Below, one piece after another: positions 10,436-19,972 of a DNA stretch of 64,000 nt; position 1 is the stretch's first letter; each line of letters opens with the position of its first letter. Location: sequence record DRR378314_434. One strand, written 5' to 3'. The notes under the pieces were generated by a model, which ran no database searches, was not told the origin of the DNA, and worked only from the letters and a program-made list of their open reading frames with translations. A program made the position numbers and the translations under genes.

Positions 10436-11347
10436 TTACTTTAAGAAGTCCAGTCCTCCGGTTACCGCTGCAACCTGTGCTTGAATACACTGTTCAGGCG
10501 CTGCTTTCGGGCTGTCAGGATACACTTCTGTAGTCGTCGCATACTCTGCTTTGCTAAAGCTAATGCACAATCCCATTTTCGCCGTTGGCAATAAAATAAC
10601 GCCACGCTGAGCAATATCCTCGCCTATCAGTTTATTTTCGTCGTCGGCATCGGCAATATGAGTGACCTCTTCCACCGAATCTAACACCGCCTTCTGAAAC
10701 TCAGGATAAGGCTTTTCTGAATTTCCAACCAAATAGAACCCATCCGGAATATTCCAGTTCGTATTAACTTTTCCATCCATCGCCGCTTTGGCCGGACGAA
10801 ACTCGCTGTTATCGGTATCCGTTGTTTCGTGTAAATCTATGTGGGCCAGAATATCTACGCCTAAGCCTGCAATATAATTCATAATGTGCGCGCATTCCCC
10901 GGCAGGAGAATCAGCGACAAAAGAGCGATTAGGATCAATGGCCGCCGGATTCCAACGGTTGATGGTTTCATAGCCCCAGGGACTCAAACATGGCGCTACC
11001 ACCACATTGAAGTGTGGCTGGTAATCTTTCGCTTTGGTTTCAATAAAGCGCAACGCACCATGGACACCACTGGTTTCATAACCATGTACTCCGCCGGTAA
11101 TTAAAACCGTTGGCTTCGAGCCATCCCAGTTTTTTGTTCTGACCACAAATAAAGGATAAGTACCGCCGTCGTACGCAAGTTCACCGTATTGGTCTACATC
11201 GAAATCGCTTTTAAAGGTTTCAATCTTACTGACCACGTCATCGAAGTAAGAGCGCTTTTTCGTTTGCTCGGCCAGCCACTGGGCTTTTTCTGTCGCTCCC
11301 CAGGGGGTGCCCGGTGTTCCAATATGGTAAATCGTTTGTTGCGTCAT
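10436..11347 (-). CDS. M14 family metallocarboxypeptidase
   Basis: GVHGYE (HxxE), DPNRSF, DLHET, TTTEVYPDS. Confidence 0.85.
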   Translation of the reverse strand: MTQQTIYHIGTPGTPWGATEKAQWLAEQTKKRSYFDDVVSKIETFKSDFDVDQYGELAYDGGTYPLFVVRTKNWDGSKPTVLITGGVHGYETSGVHGALRFIETKAKDYQPHFNVVVAPCLSPWGYETINRWNPAAIDPNRSFVADSPAGECAHIMNYIAGLGVDILAHIDLHETTDTDNSEFRPAKAAMDGKVNTNWNIPDGFYLVGNSEKPYPEFQKAVLDSVEEVTHIADADDENKLIGEDIAQRGVILLPTAKMGLCISFSKAEYATTTEVYPDSPKAAPEQCIQAQVAAVTGGLDFLK

Positions 11348-11423
11348 ATTTTAATCCTATTCACTTAAAACAAGGCTGCTATATTAGCAAAGTCTTTGCC
11401 GGCACCAAATGAAATACCGGTAG

Positions 11424-11738
11424 CTAAGCCGCTTTGGTCGATTCTTTATCCGCAGGCTTAGACACTTCGGCTTTGTCTGTCGATGTTTTTTCGGTCTTAG
11501 GTTTCTTGGGCTTTTTAGCCCCTAATGCAATAAGTACATTTTCACGCTCTTTCGCTAAAAACAGAGCCATATCCTCAAGCTGTTGCTCATCAGTAAACAG
11601 TTCGCTACTTTTAATTAATGGGTTCAGGGCTTCTGCCATATCCAGAATTTTATCGTGCGCATCGGCTTCGGCTTTTGAAGTGAAGGTCATTTTCTCGGCT
11701 CCGTCGCGAATAACTACATATTGGGTTACTACAGCCAT
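11424..11738 (-). CDS. yebG: YebG family SOS-inducible protein
   Basis: MAVVTQYVVIRDGAEKMTFTSKAEADAHDK is YebG-type. ATG at 11738 with AAGGA RBS; LexA box upstream. Confidence 0.85.
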   Translation of the reverse strand: MAVVTQYVVIRDGAEKMTFTSKAEADAHDKILDMAEALNPLIKSSELFTDEQQLEDMALFLAKERENVLIALGAKKPKKPKTEKTSTDKAEVSKPADKESTKAA

Positions 11739-11766
11739 GGTATGGTCCTTTGCTGATGTGTAAATA

Positions 11767-11786
11767 TACTGTTTATTTGTACAGTA
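11767..11786. promoter_or_regulatory. LexA (SOS) box
   Basis: TACTG-TTTATTTGTA-CAGTA matches CTG-N10-CAG, directly upstream of yebG. Confidence 0.88.
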
Positions 11787-11873
11787 AAGTGACATAGATT
11801 GCAATAGTTGTAGCATTCGCTAAACTGCGCACTCCGAACAGGCCTTCGTTACGACAGGAAGTAAATCCGCCCT

Positions 11874-13055
11874 ATGCAGTTCTCAAAAATACAAGTTCTA
11901 CTGGCCATTTTTGCAATGGCAATTGGAAGCTTTGCCATTGGTATTGGTGAGTTTGTCATTATGGGGCTGCTGCCCGACGTCGCTGCAGACTTTAATACCG
12001 ACACCAGGGAAACAGGCCACTTAATCAGTCTTTATGCGCTTGGTGTGGTTATCGGAGCTCCGCTTATTACCATTTTATTTGCCAGGCTGCCACGCAAACC
12101 TATGTTACTTGCACTAATGCTGGCATTTTCTCTGGGCAACTTCGCCAGTGCCTCAGCAGACAATTACACATTACTTCAGGTGTTACGTTTCTTAACTGGC
12201 CTGCCTCACGGTGCTTATTTCGGGATTGCCTGTTTGGTTGCGGCCGATATGGTTCGTAAAAATCAACGTGGTATGGCAGTAACTATGGTGATGATGGGAC
12301 TCACGGTAGCTATCCTGGTCGGAAACCCTTTAGCCACCTGGTTAGGGCAGCTTATTGACTGGCGCACCGTATATCATACCGTGGGAGCTCTAGGCTTACT
12401 GGCCTTTGTCATGATTTTCATTGTGGTACCCAAACACCCGAATGAAAAGAAAACTTCTGCCCGTGGAGAGATGCAGGCATTACAAAACCCTCAAGTCTGG
12501 CTGACTTTAGCCATAGGGGCCATTGGGTTCGGCGGCATGTTTGCGGTACTGAGCTACATAGCTCCAACACTAATAAACGCCACCGGCTTGGATTCTCACT
12601 GGATACCTATTGCTTTATTTATCTACGGACTGGGATCCTTGGCGGGTAGTTTGGTCGGCGGCTGGGCTGCCGACAGAAATCTGAAATTAACCATTGGCGG
12701 TTCTCTGGTATGGTCGGCAATTGTGCTGGCAATTTTTCCCTTAACACTGCAGAGTCTCTGGACGGTGATGCCTATGGTGTTATTACTTGGTAGTTCCGCC
12801 GCGCTGGTTCCGGCTCTGCAGGTACGTTTAATGGATGTTGCCGGAGAAGCCCAGACTTTAGCAGCATCGTTAAACCACTCCGCTTTTAATGCGGCTAACG
12901 CCTTAGGTGCCTGGCTGGGTGGTCTTGCTATTATTTCTCCACTTAGTTGGCAGGGAACCGGCTGGGTTGGGTGCGCGCTTTCGCTGGCCGGTCTGCTACT
13001 CTTTTGGGTTACTAAAAAGCACAGTCGCAGAACACCCAACATAGTTAGTCTTTAG
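11874..13055 (+). CDS. MFS transporter (DHA1/AraJ-like)
   Basis: GIGEFVIMGLLPDVA, RFLTGLPHGAYFG; about 12 TM segments. Confidence 0.88.
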   Translation: MQFSKIQVLLAIFAMAIGSFAIGIGEFVIMGLLPDVAADFNTDTRETGHLISLYALGVVIGAPLITILFARLPRKPMLLALMLAFSLGNFASASADNYTLLQVLRFLTGLPHGAYFGIACLVAADMVRKNQRGMAVTMVMMGLTVAILVGNPLATWLGQLIDWRTVYHTVGALGLLAFVMIFIVVPKHPNEKKTSARGEMQALQNPQVWLTLAIGAIGFGGMFAVLSYIAPTLINATGLDSHWIPIALFIYGLGSLAGSLVGGWAADRNLKLTIGGSLVWSAIVLAIFPLTLQSLWTVMPMVLLLGSSAALVPALQVRLMDVAGEAQTLAASLNHSAFNAANALGAWLGGLAIISPLSWQGTGWVGCALSLAGLLLFWVTKKHSRRTPNIVSL

Positions 13056-13701
13056 GCTCGCCTTCTGCATCTAATTCACTAAGCTCCTCATCGGGTTTCG
13101 CATAAGACAAACGCGCAGCCCGCTGAGTGCTATGATACCCATCAAGGCCTGAAATTGTCATTGTGCCGAGCGATTCTATATCAATGAAACCATCGCTTTT
13201 CACCGCCTCTTCTTTAACTTCAACCCAACGAACTTCCCCAACAATTAATGCAGTGTCGTTATGTTGTATCGGAATAATTTCAACCTGCTGCATACCTATT
13301 CTGAGCGAACTTTCGGCCACATACGGCGCATGAAAACCGTCGACAAATTCCGGCGTCAGGCCACAAGCTTCAAACTCTGATGTTTCTCTGGGATACCGTG
13401 CTGAGGTCTGATGTGCTTGGCGAAAAAAATTTTCGTTAACTTGATTAATCGTATAAACGCCACTCTCTTCAATGTTTTCCCAGGTGTGTCGGGTTACTGA
13501 CTGAGGGCGCATAACAAACCCTAACAGAGGTGGGTTACTTCCCAGATGAACAACAGAACTTATCATGGCTAAATTATTTTGCTGATGCCGGTCTCGGGTA
13601 CCAATGACATTGGCACTTTTAAACCCGGATAAACAATTCACAAAACGTGCGCGATCGCGGTCATTCATTTTCGCTAAATCTTGCTGTTTGTAGGTTTTCA
13701 T
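13045..13701 (-). CDS. Flavin reductase-like (FMN split-barrel) protein
   Basis: NCLSGFKSAN, NLAMISSVVHLGSNPPL, HQTSARY. Confidence 0.8.
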   Translation of the reverse strand: MKTYKQQDLAKMNDRDRARFVNCLSGFKSANVIGTRDRHQQNNLAMISSVVHLGSNPPLLGFVMRPQSVTRHTWENIEESGVYTINQVNENFFRQAHQTSARYPRETSEFEACGLTPEFVDGFHAPYVAESSLRIGMQQVEIIPIQHNDTALIVGEVRWVEVKEEAVKSDGFIDIESLGTMTISGLDGYHSTQRAARLSYAKPDEELSELDAEGEPKD

Positions 13702-13773
13702 TAAAGCTCCAGTTTATTTTTGTCGGCTATCTATACGTTTTATTTTGCAATTACGATCGTTTACAAATAACTT

Positions 13774-13792
13774 ATTGCGAACTATTATCATT
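13774..13792. promoter_or_regulatory. Fur box
   Basis: ATTGCGAACTATTATCATT, 14/19 match to AATGATAATCATTATCATT. Confidence 0.65.
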
Positions 13793-13834
13793 TGCGTTAG
13801 CTTGTTTAATCAAAGCCAGAATAAAGGATGCATA

Positions 13835-14254
13835 ATGACTAACGCCTATCAAGAGTACTTTAACTCTCAGGAAAAGCTAAAAATAGCGAGCTCACTGCTC
13901 AACCAAAAAGATTATCGCGCTGCAACGACATTTCTCAGTCAGGCACGCGACTCAGCAAAACGGGCCTTCAGTGAACCTGTACTGGTGGGTAATGCCATCC
14001 AAAGCTTTACAACCTGTTCTATTTTGTTAATTGCTACCCATATTCGCTGCCAGCAAAAGCTACAGGCGTATGAGTTTCAACAAGAGAGTGTTGAGCAACT
14101 AACATCATGGCTTAATCAGGCTAAAACTCAGCCGCTAGAAGAGATATGTCGTTACTGCTATCAACTCCTAATTACCGGTTGTCAGCATTCTCGTTGCCTG
14201 GGGCACTGTATGCAACAATTAGAGGAATCCGGTTATGCGCATGAACAAACCTGA
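13835..14254 (+). CDS. Hypothetical helical protein with Cys-rich C-terminus
   Basis: ATG at 13835 after an AAGGA RBS; CRYC...C...C...C cluster near the end. Confidence 0.7.
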   Translation: MTNAYQEYFNSQEKLKIASSLLNQKDYRAATTFLSQARDSAKRAFSEPVLVGNAIQSFTTCSILLIATHIRCQQKLQAYEFQQESVEQLTSWLNQAKTQPLEEICRYCYQLLITGCQHSRCLGHCMQQLEESGYAHEQT

Positions 14255-14429
14255 ACGCTTACAACTTTCAATGAGTAAAGAGCAACTTAAAAAACTGCTG
14301 CTTGAGCAAAAGTTAGTGGCCAGTGATATTCGTTGCAGTGATTACTGCAGTCAGTGCGAGCTTAAACAGCTGATACTTGAGTGCGCCAGAATAAACTGCT
14401 CCGGCTCTTTGCAGAACTTCGACGGTTAG
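14235..14429 (+). CDS. Small Cys-rich hypothetical protein
   Basis: GAGG RBS; overlaps the upstream gene; five Cys in 64 aa. Confidence 0.6.
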   Translation: MRMNKPERLQLSMSKEQLKKLLLEQKLVASDIRCSDYCSQCELKQLILECARINCSGSLQNFDG

Positions 14430-14836
14430 AAGTCTTTTTTTCGAAGTGCTTTTTTCTGTCCCTGCTGCTTTTTAGTGGTTAGTCGTCTTTCTTTAGCCGA
14501 GCGGCTGGGTTTCGTCGGAATGCGTTTTTTCTGAATCTGAGATGCGCTGCGAATTAAATCAATTAGTTGTTCCAGTGCCAGCTCTCTATTACGTGCCTGA
14601 CTGCGAGTTTCCTGAGACTTAATAATCACCTTTCCGCTTTGAGTAATGCGGTGATCAGATTTTTTCAATAATCGGCTTTTATAAAAGTCGGGAAGTGAAG
14701 AGGCCTGAATATCAAAAATGAGTTGAGCCGCAGTTGCTACTTTATTCACGTTTTGCCCACCCGCTCCACTGGAACGGATAAACTGCCATTCAATTTCGCT
14801 ATCTGCTAACTCAACTCGTTGTGATATCTGAATCAT
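14426..14836 (-). CDS. arfB: Alternative ribosome rescue peptidyl-tRNA hydrolase ArfB (YaeJ)
   Basis: RSSGAGGQNVNKV (GGQ), RSQARNRE, basic C-terminal tail with RIPTKPS. Confidence 0.93.
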   Translation of the reverse strand: MIQISQRVELADSEIEWQFIRSSGAGGQNVNKVATAAQLIFDIQASSLPDFYKSRLLKKSDHRITQSGKVIIKSQETRSQARNRELALEQLIDLIRSASQIQKKRIPTKPSRSAKERRLTTKKQQGQKKALRKKDF

Positions 14837-14878
14837 TTTTCTCTTTATTACCAAAAAAATTAAACGATTTTACCCACA

Positions 14879-15121
14879 TCACTCAGCAGGCTGAATAAAA
14901 TTATCTATACCTTCTTCTTTCAAAGCATCGAGGGCTTCAGCAAGCGCATCATCTTCGTTCTCAAACGCATCTTCCCAAAGCGTTGAATTATTATTCTCAT
15001 CAACAATTTCCAGAATCCAGCCGCTGTCCTCGGTACGGTAAATATCTATCTCTACATTTTTACCGTCAGCACTGTATTGTTGGGTATGTTTGCTTTGAGT
15101 TACTTGCTGTTCTTCGTTCAT
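14879..15121 (-). CDS. Small acidic hypothetical protein
   Basis: ATG at 15121. VEIDIYR...WILEIVDENNNSTLWEDAF looks like a conserved small protein. Confidence 0.65.
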   Translation of the reverse strand: MNEEQQVTQSKHTQQYSADGKNVEIDIYRTEDSGWILEIVDENNNSTLWEDAFENEDDALAEALDALKEEGIDNFIQPAE

Positions 15122-15191
15122 AATAAGGTCTCGGTATACGTCCGTATGGTGGCAACAGTCTATCACTGTTCGGCATACTCTGAGGGGATTT

Positions 15192-16574
15192 TTATAGAGC
15201 TTTTAGTACATCCCGCACAAAGTCATGCTCGTTAAATCCTTGTTCACCAGCAATGTCATAACCACGACGAACCACCACTAAATTCTTTGAAGGAATAACG
15301 ACCAAGAATTGTCCCCGGTTTCCACGGGCAGCAATAGTATCGTCAGGTAGTTCTGGAAAGCGCTCGTTATAAAGCCACCACTGCGCACCGTAGCCCGGAG
15401 CATCTTCCGGTGGCTGAGCCGGTGCTGGCATACTAATATAATCCAACCAGCCTTCCGGTAAAATTTGTTCTCCCTGCCATTGTCCTTCCTGTAAGTGCAA
15501 AACACCCAAACGAGCTAAGTCACGAGACGTCGTCCACACCTGAGAGGATAAAATAAAGTCTCCGCGCCAATCGGTTTCGACAAAAGTATGCTGCATTCCT
15601 ATCTTTTCCAGCAAAGCTTTATACGGAAATTTTAAATACTCTTCAGTTGTATCAAAACGCTCATGCAGCGCCCTTAACGCCAGCATAGTGTCGTTATTTG
15701 CGTACTTCCAACGACTGCCGGGAGCCACTTCAAGTGCCGTTTCTGTTGCCGTGTCGCTTACAAGTCCCCCACCCATATAAACCCGGTCTGTGCGATTTCC
15801 CGCTTTATTACTGTCTAAACCAGACGCCATATGCAATAGGTTTTCTAAGGTAATGTGTCCTCGCGGGTCAAGCGGATGTGACCAGTTAGAAATACCGGCA
15901 GGAGCATCCAGCTCTATTTTATTTTGCTGAATAGCCGCACCAATAACGCTGGCACCTATGCTTTTTGCAACGGACCAGGTACGCTGTGCCGTCTCAGGGC
16001 TAAAGCCTTCAAGATAACGCTCAGCAATAATTTCATCCGACGTCACAATTAATACTGCCGAGGTACGCGATCCAGAGCCATACTTCTTGGTAAAGGCCTG
16101 TTTTAGTACGGATTCTAACTGAGCATTATCACTTGTTGCATTAACCTCTGCGCGTTTCTCCCAGGGAGCTCCACTGTCCTTATTCGCTGCTTTATCCCCG
16201 CGAAAAGGATCAGCAAGAAATTTAGCATCATCAACGGTAGCTCCTACCGGTAAATCGACGCAGCCAAGTTTTGATCGCCAAACTGAAATTCGCTCCCTAC
16301 GCCCTTCATCGTAAGACACCCTGACCCAGTTATTTTCTTTATCAACTTCGGGGGTCATACCCTTTACGCGTTCAGCAATTAAAGAATAAATTCCACTAAG
16401 TTCATGCTCCCGAACTTGCTCCATAGACTTGTTAGCGTTAAATACGGCACTACAGGTAAAACCCGCAGTATAACCAGCGGCGTAAGCATTTAAGGTTGTT
16501 TCAGTTTCTTCCGCCTGAGCGTACCCAGTTGCCAGCAACATGCTGGCCAGAGTTATTTTTAATGTCTTATTCAT
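15192..16574 (-). CDS. Exported serine hydrolase (beta-lactamase/AmpC-like family)
   Basis: Signal peptide; WSVAKS (SxxK), LLHMASGL, YAN (YxN). Confidence 0.85.
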   Translation of the reverse strand: MNKTLKITLASMLLATGYAQAEETETTLNAYAAGYTAGFTCSAVFNANKSMEQVREHELSGIYSLIAERVKGMTPEVDKENNWVRVSYDEGRRERISVWRSKLGCVDLPVGATVDDAKFLADPFRGDKAANKDSGAPWEKRAEVNATSDNAQLESVLKQAFTKKYGSGSRTSAVLIVTSDEIIAERYLEGFSPETAQRTWSVAKSIGASVIGAAIQQNKIELDAPAGISNWSHPLDPRGHITLENLLHMASGLDSNKAGNRTDRVYMGGGLVSDTATETALEVAPGSRWKYANNDTMLALRALHERFDTTEEYLKFPYKALLEKIGMQHTFVETDWRGDFILSSQVWTTSRDLARLGVLHLQEGQWQGEQILPEGWLDYISMPAPAQPPEDAPGYGAQWWLYNERFPELPDDTIAARGNRGQFLVVIPSKNLVVVRRGYDIAGEQGFNEHDFVRDVLKAL

Positions 16575-16713
16575 TTATCACATACCTGTTGGCTCTTTAT
16601 CACAGTTCCTCAATGTAAGAGCATGATGCGAAAGAAGCAAACCGCCAGAGTCATCCGAATGTTAAAAATTATGGTATATTACTGCGCATTATTTTCTAGA
16701 TCAGGACAACCCT

Positions 16714-17709
16714 ATGGCAGCCTTTGGCACCGTATTTATGCCACAAATGACGATGGCAACTTTCGAGAATTCAGACTGGAATAAACCTGAATTAGTCTCT
16801 TCTGACGCAATACAGTTACACCCCGGAGCTCATGTTCTGCATTACGCCAGCACTTGCTTTGAAGGATTAAAGGCGTTTCGCCATGAAGATGGCTCTATCA
16901 ATCTATTTCGTATGAACCGCAACATTGAGCGCATGCAGCAAAGCAGCCGTTTGCTTTCCTTACCGGCATTTGATGCTGGCTTGCTGCAAAAAATGATTAC
17001 AGATGTAGTGAAACACTTCAGCGACGAAGTTCCAAAACCACCGGGATCAATGTATATACGCCCTACTCACATTGGTACCGAAGCGGCTATCGGCAAGGCC
17101 GCCTCGCCAACCAGTTCATCAATGCTCTATGTATTGCTATCGCCTGTTGGTGATTATTTTTCCGGCGGCGATAAAACCTTACGCTTATTGCTCGAGGAAG
17201 ACGGTTCACGTTGCGCGGCTCATATGGGTATGGTTAAAAGCGGCGGCAACTACGCCAGTGCGTTACAACCCATTCTTCAGGCACGGGAATCCGTGAATGC
17301 AGATCAAGTTCTGTTCTGCCCTAATGGCGACGTACAGGAAACTGGAGCCGCCAACTTTTTGCTTATTGACGGCAACGAAATTATCACCAAAGCACTGGAC
17401 AGTAGCTTTCTGCATGGCGTAACCCGAGACTCTATTCTCACCATTGCGCGTGATATGGGAATGACTGTATCTGAACGAGAGCTTAGCGTAGATGAACTAC
17501 TGGAGCGTGCTTCAAAACCTGATTGCGAAGCCGCTTTGTCTGGCACGGCAGCGGTACTTGCGCCAGTTGGTACTTTGATTCATAACGGAAAAGAATTTTC
17601 TGTCGGTAGTGGGAAATCAGGCGCTACCACACTGAAATTACGCAAAGCGCTGAACGATATTCAGTGGGGTAAGGCGGAAGATAAACACAGTTGGCTAACT
17701 AAAATCTAA
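16714..17709 (+). CDS. ilvE: Branched-chain amino acid aminotransferase
   Basis: LHYASTCFEGLKA, YIRP, KSGGNY, ETGAANF, LHGVTRDS. Confidence 0.9.
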   Translation: MAAFGTVFMPQMTMATFENSDWNKPELVSSDAIQLHPGAHVLHYASTCFEGLKAFRHEDGSINLFRMNRNIERMQQSSRLLSLPAFDAGLLQKMITDVVKHFSDEVPKPPGSMYIRPTHIGTEAAIGKAASPTSSSMLYVLLSPVGDYFSGGDKTLRLLLEEDGSRCAAHMGMVKSGGNYASALQPILQARESVNADQVLFCPNGDVQETGAANFLLIDGNEIITKALDSSFLHGVTRDSILTIARDMGMTVSERELSVDELLERASKPDCEAALSGTAAVLAPVGTLIHNGKEFSVGSGKSGATTLKLRKALNDIQWGKAEDKHSWLTKI

Positions 17710-18020
17710 CCTTCCGACGGCAACACCACCCATTCAGGATCTCTGAATTCACCTAAAGGTGTTATTTCACAAAATGGGGCAGCACTGCGAATAATCTTAG
17801 CCACTTCGGAGTTATACTGCCCTTCCATAGCGTCGCGTTTTTCCTTGCTGTCCCACGACGCTATGGCTATTAACGTTTTGTCATCACCGATTTTGCGGTG
17901 TAACTCCGTACCCCGGGCTCCTGGTGCTTGCTGGATTATTTCACTGGCTTTTACCCAAGCCTCTGCATACTCCTCTGCCGTATGACCTTCTTTGATACGA
18001 ACCTGAAAAATATACTTCAT
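17706..18020 (-). CDS. ABM-like (antibiotic biosynthesis monooxygenase) domain protein
   Basis: APGARGTELHR...AIASWDS pattern; RBS present. Confidence 0.7.
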   Translation of the reverse strand: MKYIFQVRIKEGHTAEEYAEAWVKASEIIQQAPGARGTELHRKIGDDKTLIAIASWDSKEKRDAMEGQYNSEVAKIIRSAAPFCEITPLGEFRDPEWVVLPSEG

Positions 18021-18330
18021 AGTTCCTCTTTTAGCGCTACTTACGTTTATTCTCTGATTTAACCATTTTTAAGTAAAAGAAAATAGCGTAAAAAACACAC
18101 ATTCCAATAACAATCGCTAAGCCTGTAAAAGAAAAAAAGATGACCGGATCTTTAAAAAACTCTTGCCATAAACTCATGGTTATTCCCCTGTTTGAATTCT
18201 TGATTTCAGTTTATTCAAACTTGACAATGACGATATTGATCCCAATCAATAACAAGAATAACACTGATTTTTTTAGGGGCTTTTTAGTTTATTCCCATCG
18301 AATACCGAAAAGTATTCATCTTTACAGTTT

Positions 18331-18345
18331 GTAAAGCAGTGTAAA
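18331..18345 (+). promoter_or_regulatory. CpxR/OmpR-family-like direct repeat
   Basis: GTAAA-GCAGT-GTAAA (GTAAA-N5-GTAAA) upstream of the DUF883 operon. Confidence 0.35.
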
Positions 18346-18411
18346 AAATTTGCGTATATCCGAATTTGCGTCTTTCCTTAATAGGTACATTCAATAAAAA
18401 CCGAGGGTATT

Positions 18412-18669
18412 ATGAGTAACAATCAAGCAAAAGCAGAAGACGCGGTAAACAAGTCAGCAAATAAAGCTCACGACACCATCGATAAAGTGGCAGACGCAGC
18501 GAAACATGCATCTGACAACCTGGGTGAAAAAGGACATAATCTTAAAGAAACTCAGGAAAAATGGCTTTCGACTGCAACTGATTACGTTAAAGATAACCCG
18601 ATTAAATCTTTAGGTATTGCGGCTGCAAGTGGTTATTTACTGAGTAGGTTGTTCAGTGACCGCTCATAA
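18412..18669 (+). CDS. DUF883 (ElaB/YqjD-like) tail-anchored protein
   Basis: YVKDNPIKSLGIAAASGYLLSRL C-terminal anchor. Confidence 0.85.
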   Translation: MSNNQAKAEDAVNKSANKAHDTIDKVADAAKHASDNLGEKGHNLKETQEKWLSTATDYVKDNPIKSLGIAAASGYLLSRLFSDRS

Positions 18670-19027
18670 GCAACCTGAAGCGAACGAAACAGAAAGTTTG
18701 CTTGAGCAAGTTCAAGCACTGGAGAGTGAAGTTCGCGGCGTTGTAAAAACACAACTCCAGCTCGCGGGTATGGAAACCCGCAGAGCTGGGGAGAGTTTTG
18801 TGCGTATGGTCGCCTTCGCTGTGCTGGCCGCTTGCTTAGCTTTTACGGCGTGGGCTGTTTTAGTTACAGCTGCTGTAATAGCGATTGTAAATAGTAGTGT
18901 AATGTCTTTAACAACAGCATTAGTCATTGTTGCCGTCGCTCATTTGGCAGCGGCTTTTTATATTGTCAGATATATAAAACGAAGAAGTCGCGACCTACTG
19001 TTTGCAGAAACCAGTAGCAGTCTCTAA
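18656..19027 (+). CDS. YqjE-like (holin-X family) membrane protein
   Basis: TQLQLAGME motif followed by two TMs; follows the DUF883 gene. Confidence 0.7.
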   Translation: MTAHKQPEANETESLLEQVQALESEVRGVVKTQLQLAGMETRRAGESFVRMVAFAVLAACLAFTAWAVLVTAAVIAIVNSSVMSLTTALVIVAVAHLAAAFYIVRYIKRRSRDLLFAETSSSL

Positions 19028-19038
19028 GTGGAGGGCTT

Positions 19039-19335
19039 ATGGCATCAGACCTTGATTATCAAATAGCGCAAACGCAAAAAGACCTTCAGCTTCGCAAATT
19101 AGCTGTTAAGGTTCGTTCACAAAGCGTTATTTCGACAACTCATGACAAACTAGCCTCTCCCACGGCTCTTTGCGTTGCCGCAGGTGCAGGTTTCTTTATC
19201 GGAGAAATGACAAATCGGCCGAAAAAGCAGACAAAGTCTTCCGGTGGGAAAAAATCTGCCACAGATAGAGTTATTAAAGTATTAAGACTTATTGCTGGCG
19301 TACAAAGTGCCAGCACTTTTGCAAAACATCTGTAA
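19039..19335 (+). CDS. YqjK-like hypothetical protein
   Basis: Third gene of a yqjDEK-type cluster; GGAG RBS; central hydrophobic segment. Confidence 0.6.
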   Translation: MASDLDYQIAQTQKDLQLRKLAVKVRSQSVISTTHDKLASPTALCVAAGAGFFIGEMTNRPKKQTKSSGGKKSATDRVIKVLRLIAGVQSASTFAKHL

Positions 19336-19407
19336 AGATAACCGTAAACTCACGCAGTTCCAGTTATAGTGAGCGTGGTAATAATTTTTAATAACAGGAG
19401 GTTACCC

Positions 19408-19848
19408 ATGAAGAACTTTAAAATGGCACTACCAGCAAGTTTAATCGCAATTTCAATGCTGACACTTTCGGGTTGCAGTGATGCTGAAACAGAAAAAGCA
19501 GAGTCGAAAGCTGAAAGCGCTATGCAGGAAGCTGAAGATAAAACTGAAAACGCGATGCAAGAAACTAAAGAAAAAGCTCAGGAAGCAAAAAGCTACACTG
19601 AGCAAAAGGCTGAAGACGCGGGTGAATATGTTGATGATGCTGTCATCACCACTAAAGTCAAAGCAGTTATATTCGAAGACGACAATCTGAGCAGCATGGA
19701 TATCAATGTAGAAACGAACAACGGAATTGTTCAGTTGTCAGGTTTCGTTGAAAGCGATGCCGATATCGACACAGCAGAGAATCTAGCGGCTACCGTAAAA
19801 GGTGTTAAAGACATCGAAAACGATATTCAGGTTCGCGAAGAAAATTAA
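19408..19848 (+). CDS. BON-domain (OsmY-like) lipoprotein
   Basis: AGGAGG RBS, lipobox LSGC, BON motif DDAVITTKVKA...INVETNNGIVQLSGFV. Confidence 0.88.
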   Translation: MKNFKMALPASLIAISMLTLSGCSDAETEKAESKAESAMQEAEDKTENAMQETKEKAQEAKSYTEQKAEDAGEYVDDAVITTKVKAVIFEDDNLSSMDINVETNNGIVQLSGFVESDADIDTAENLAATVKGVKDIENDIQVREEN

Positions 19849-19872
19849 TCATATTTTTTAATACTCCCTGAT

Positions 19873-19900
19873 AAAAAGCGGCTTCTTAGCCGCTTTTTTT
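19873..19900 (+). terminator. Intrinsic terminator
   Basis: AAAAAGCGGCT-TCTT-AGCCGCTTTTTTT. Confidence 0.9.
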
Positions 19901-19972
19901 ATATCCTCAGAACTAGAACATCAAGTAAATTACTGATAACTTTACGACATAACAAAAATAAGAATCTAAACT

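Noticed and set aside
15192-16574. Antibiotic-resistance beta-lactamase (likewise the MBL-fold gene at 48713-49561)
   Set aside because: Only fold-level motifs; both belong to broad hydrolase families, and the MBL lacks the usual third metal His region (YYGPNN).
18140-18334. 64-aa ORF in AT-rich intergenic DNA
   Set aside because: No RBS, atypical composition, overlaps the promoter motifs.
18656-19027. Phage holin / prophage
   Set aside because: Context is the ordinary yqjDEK-like stress cluster; no phage genes nearby.
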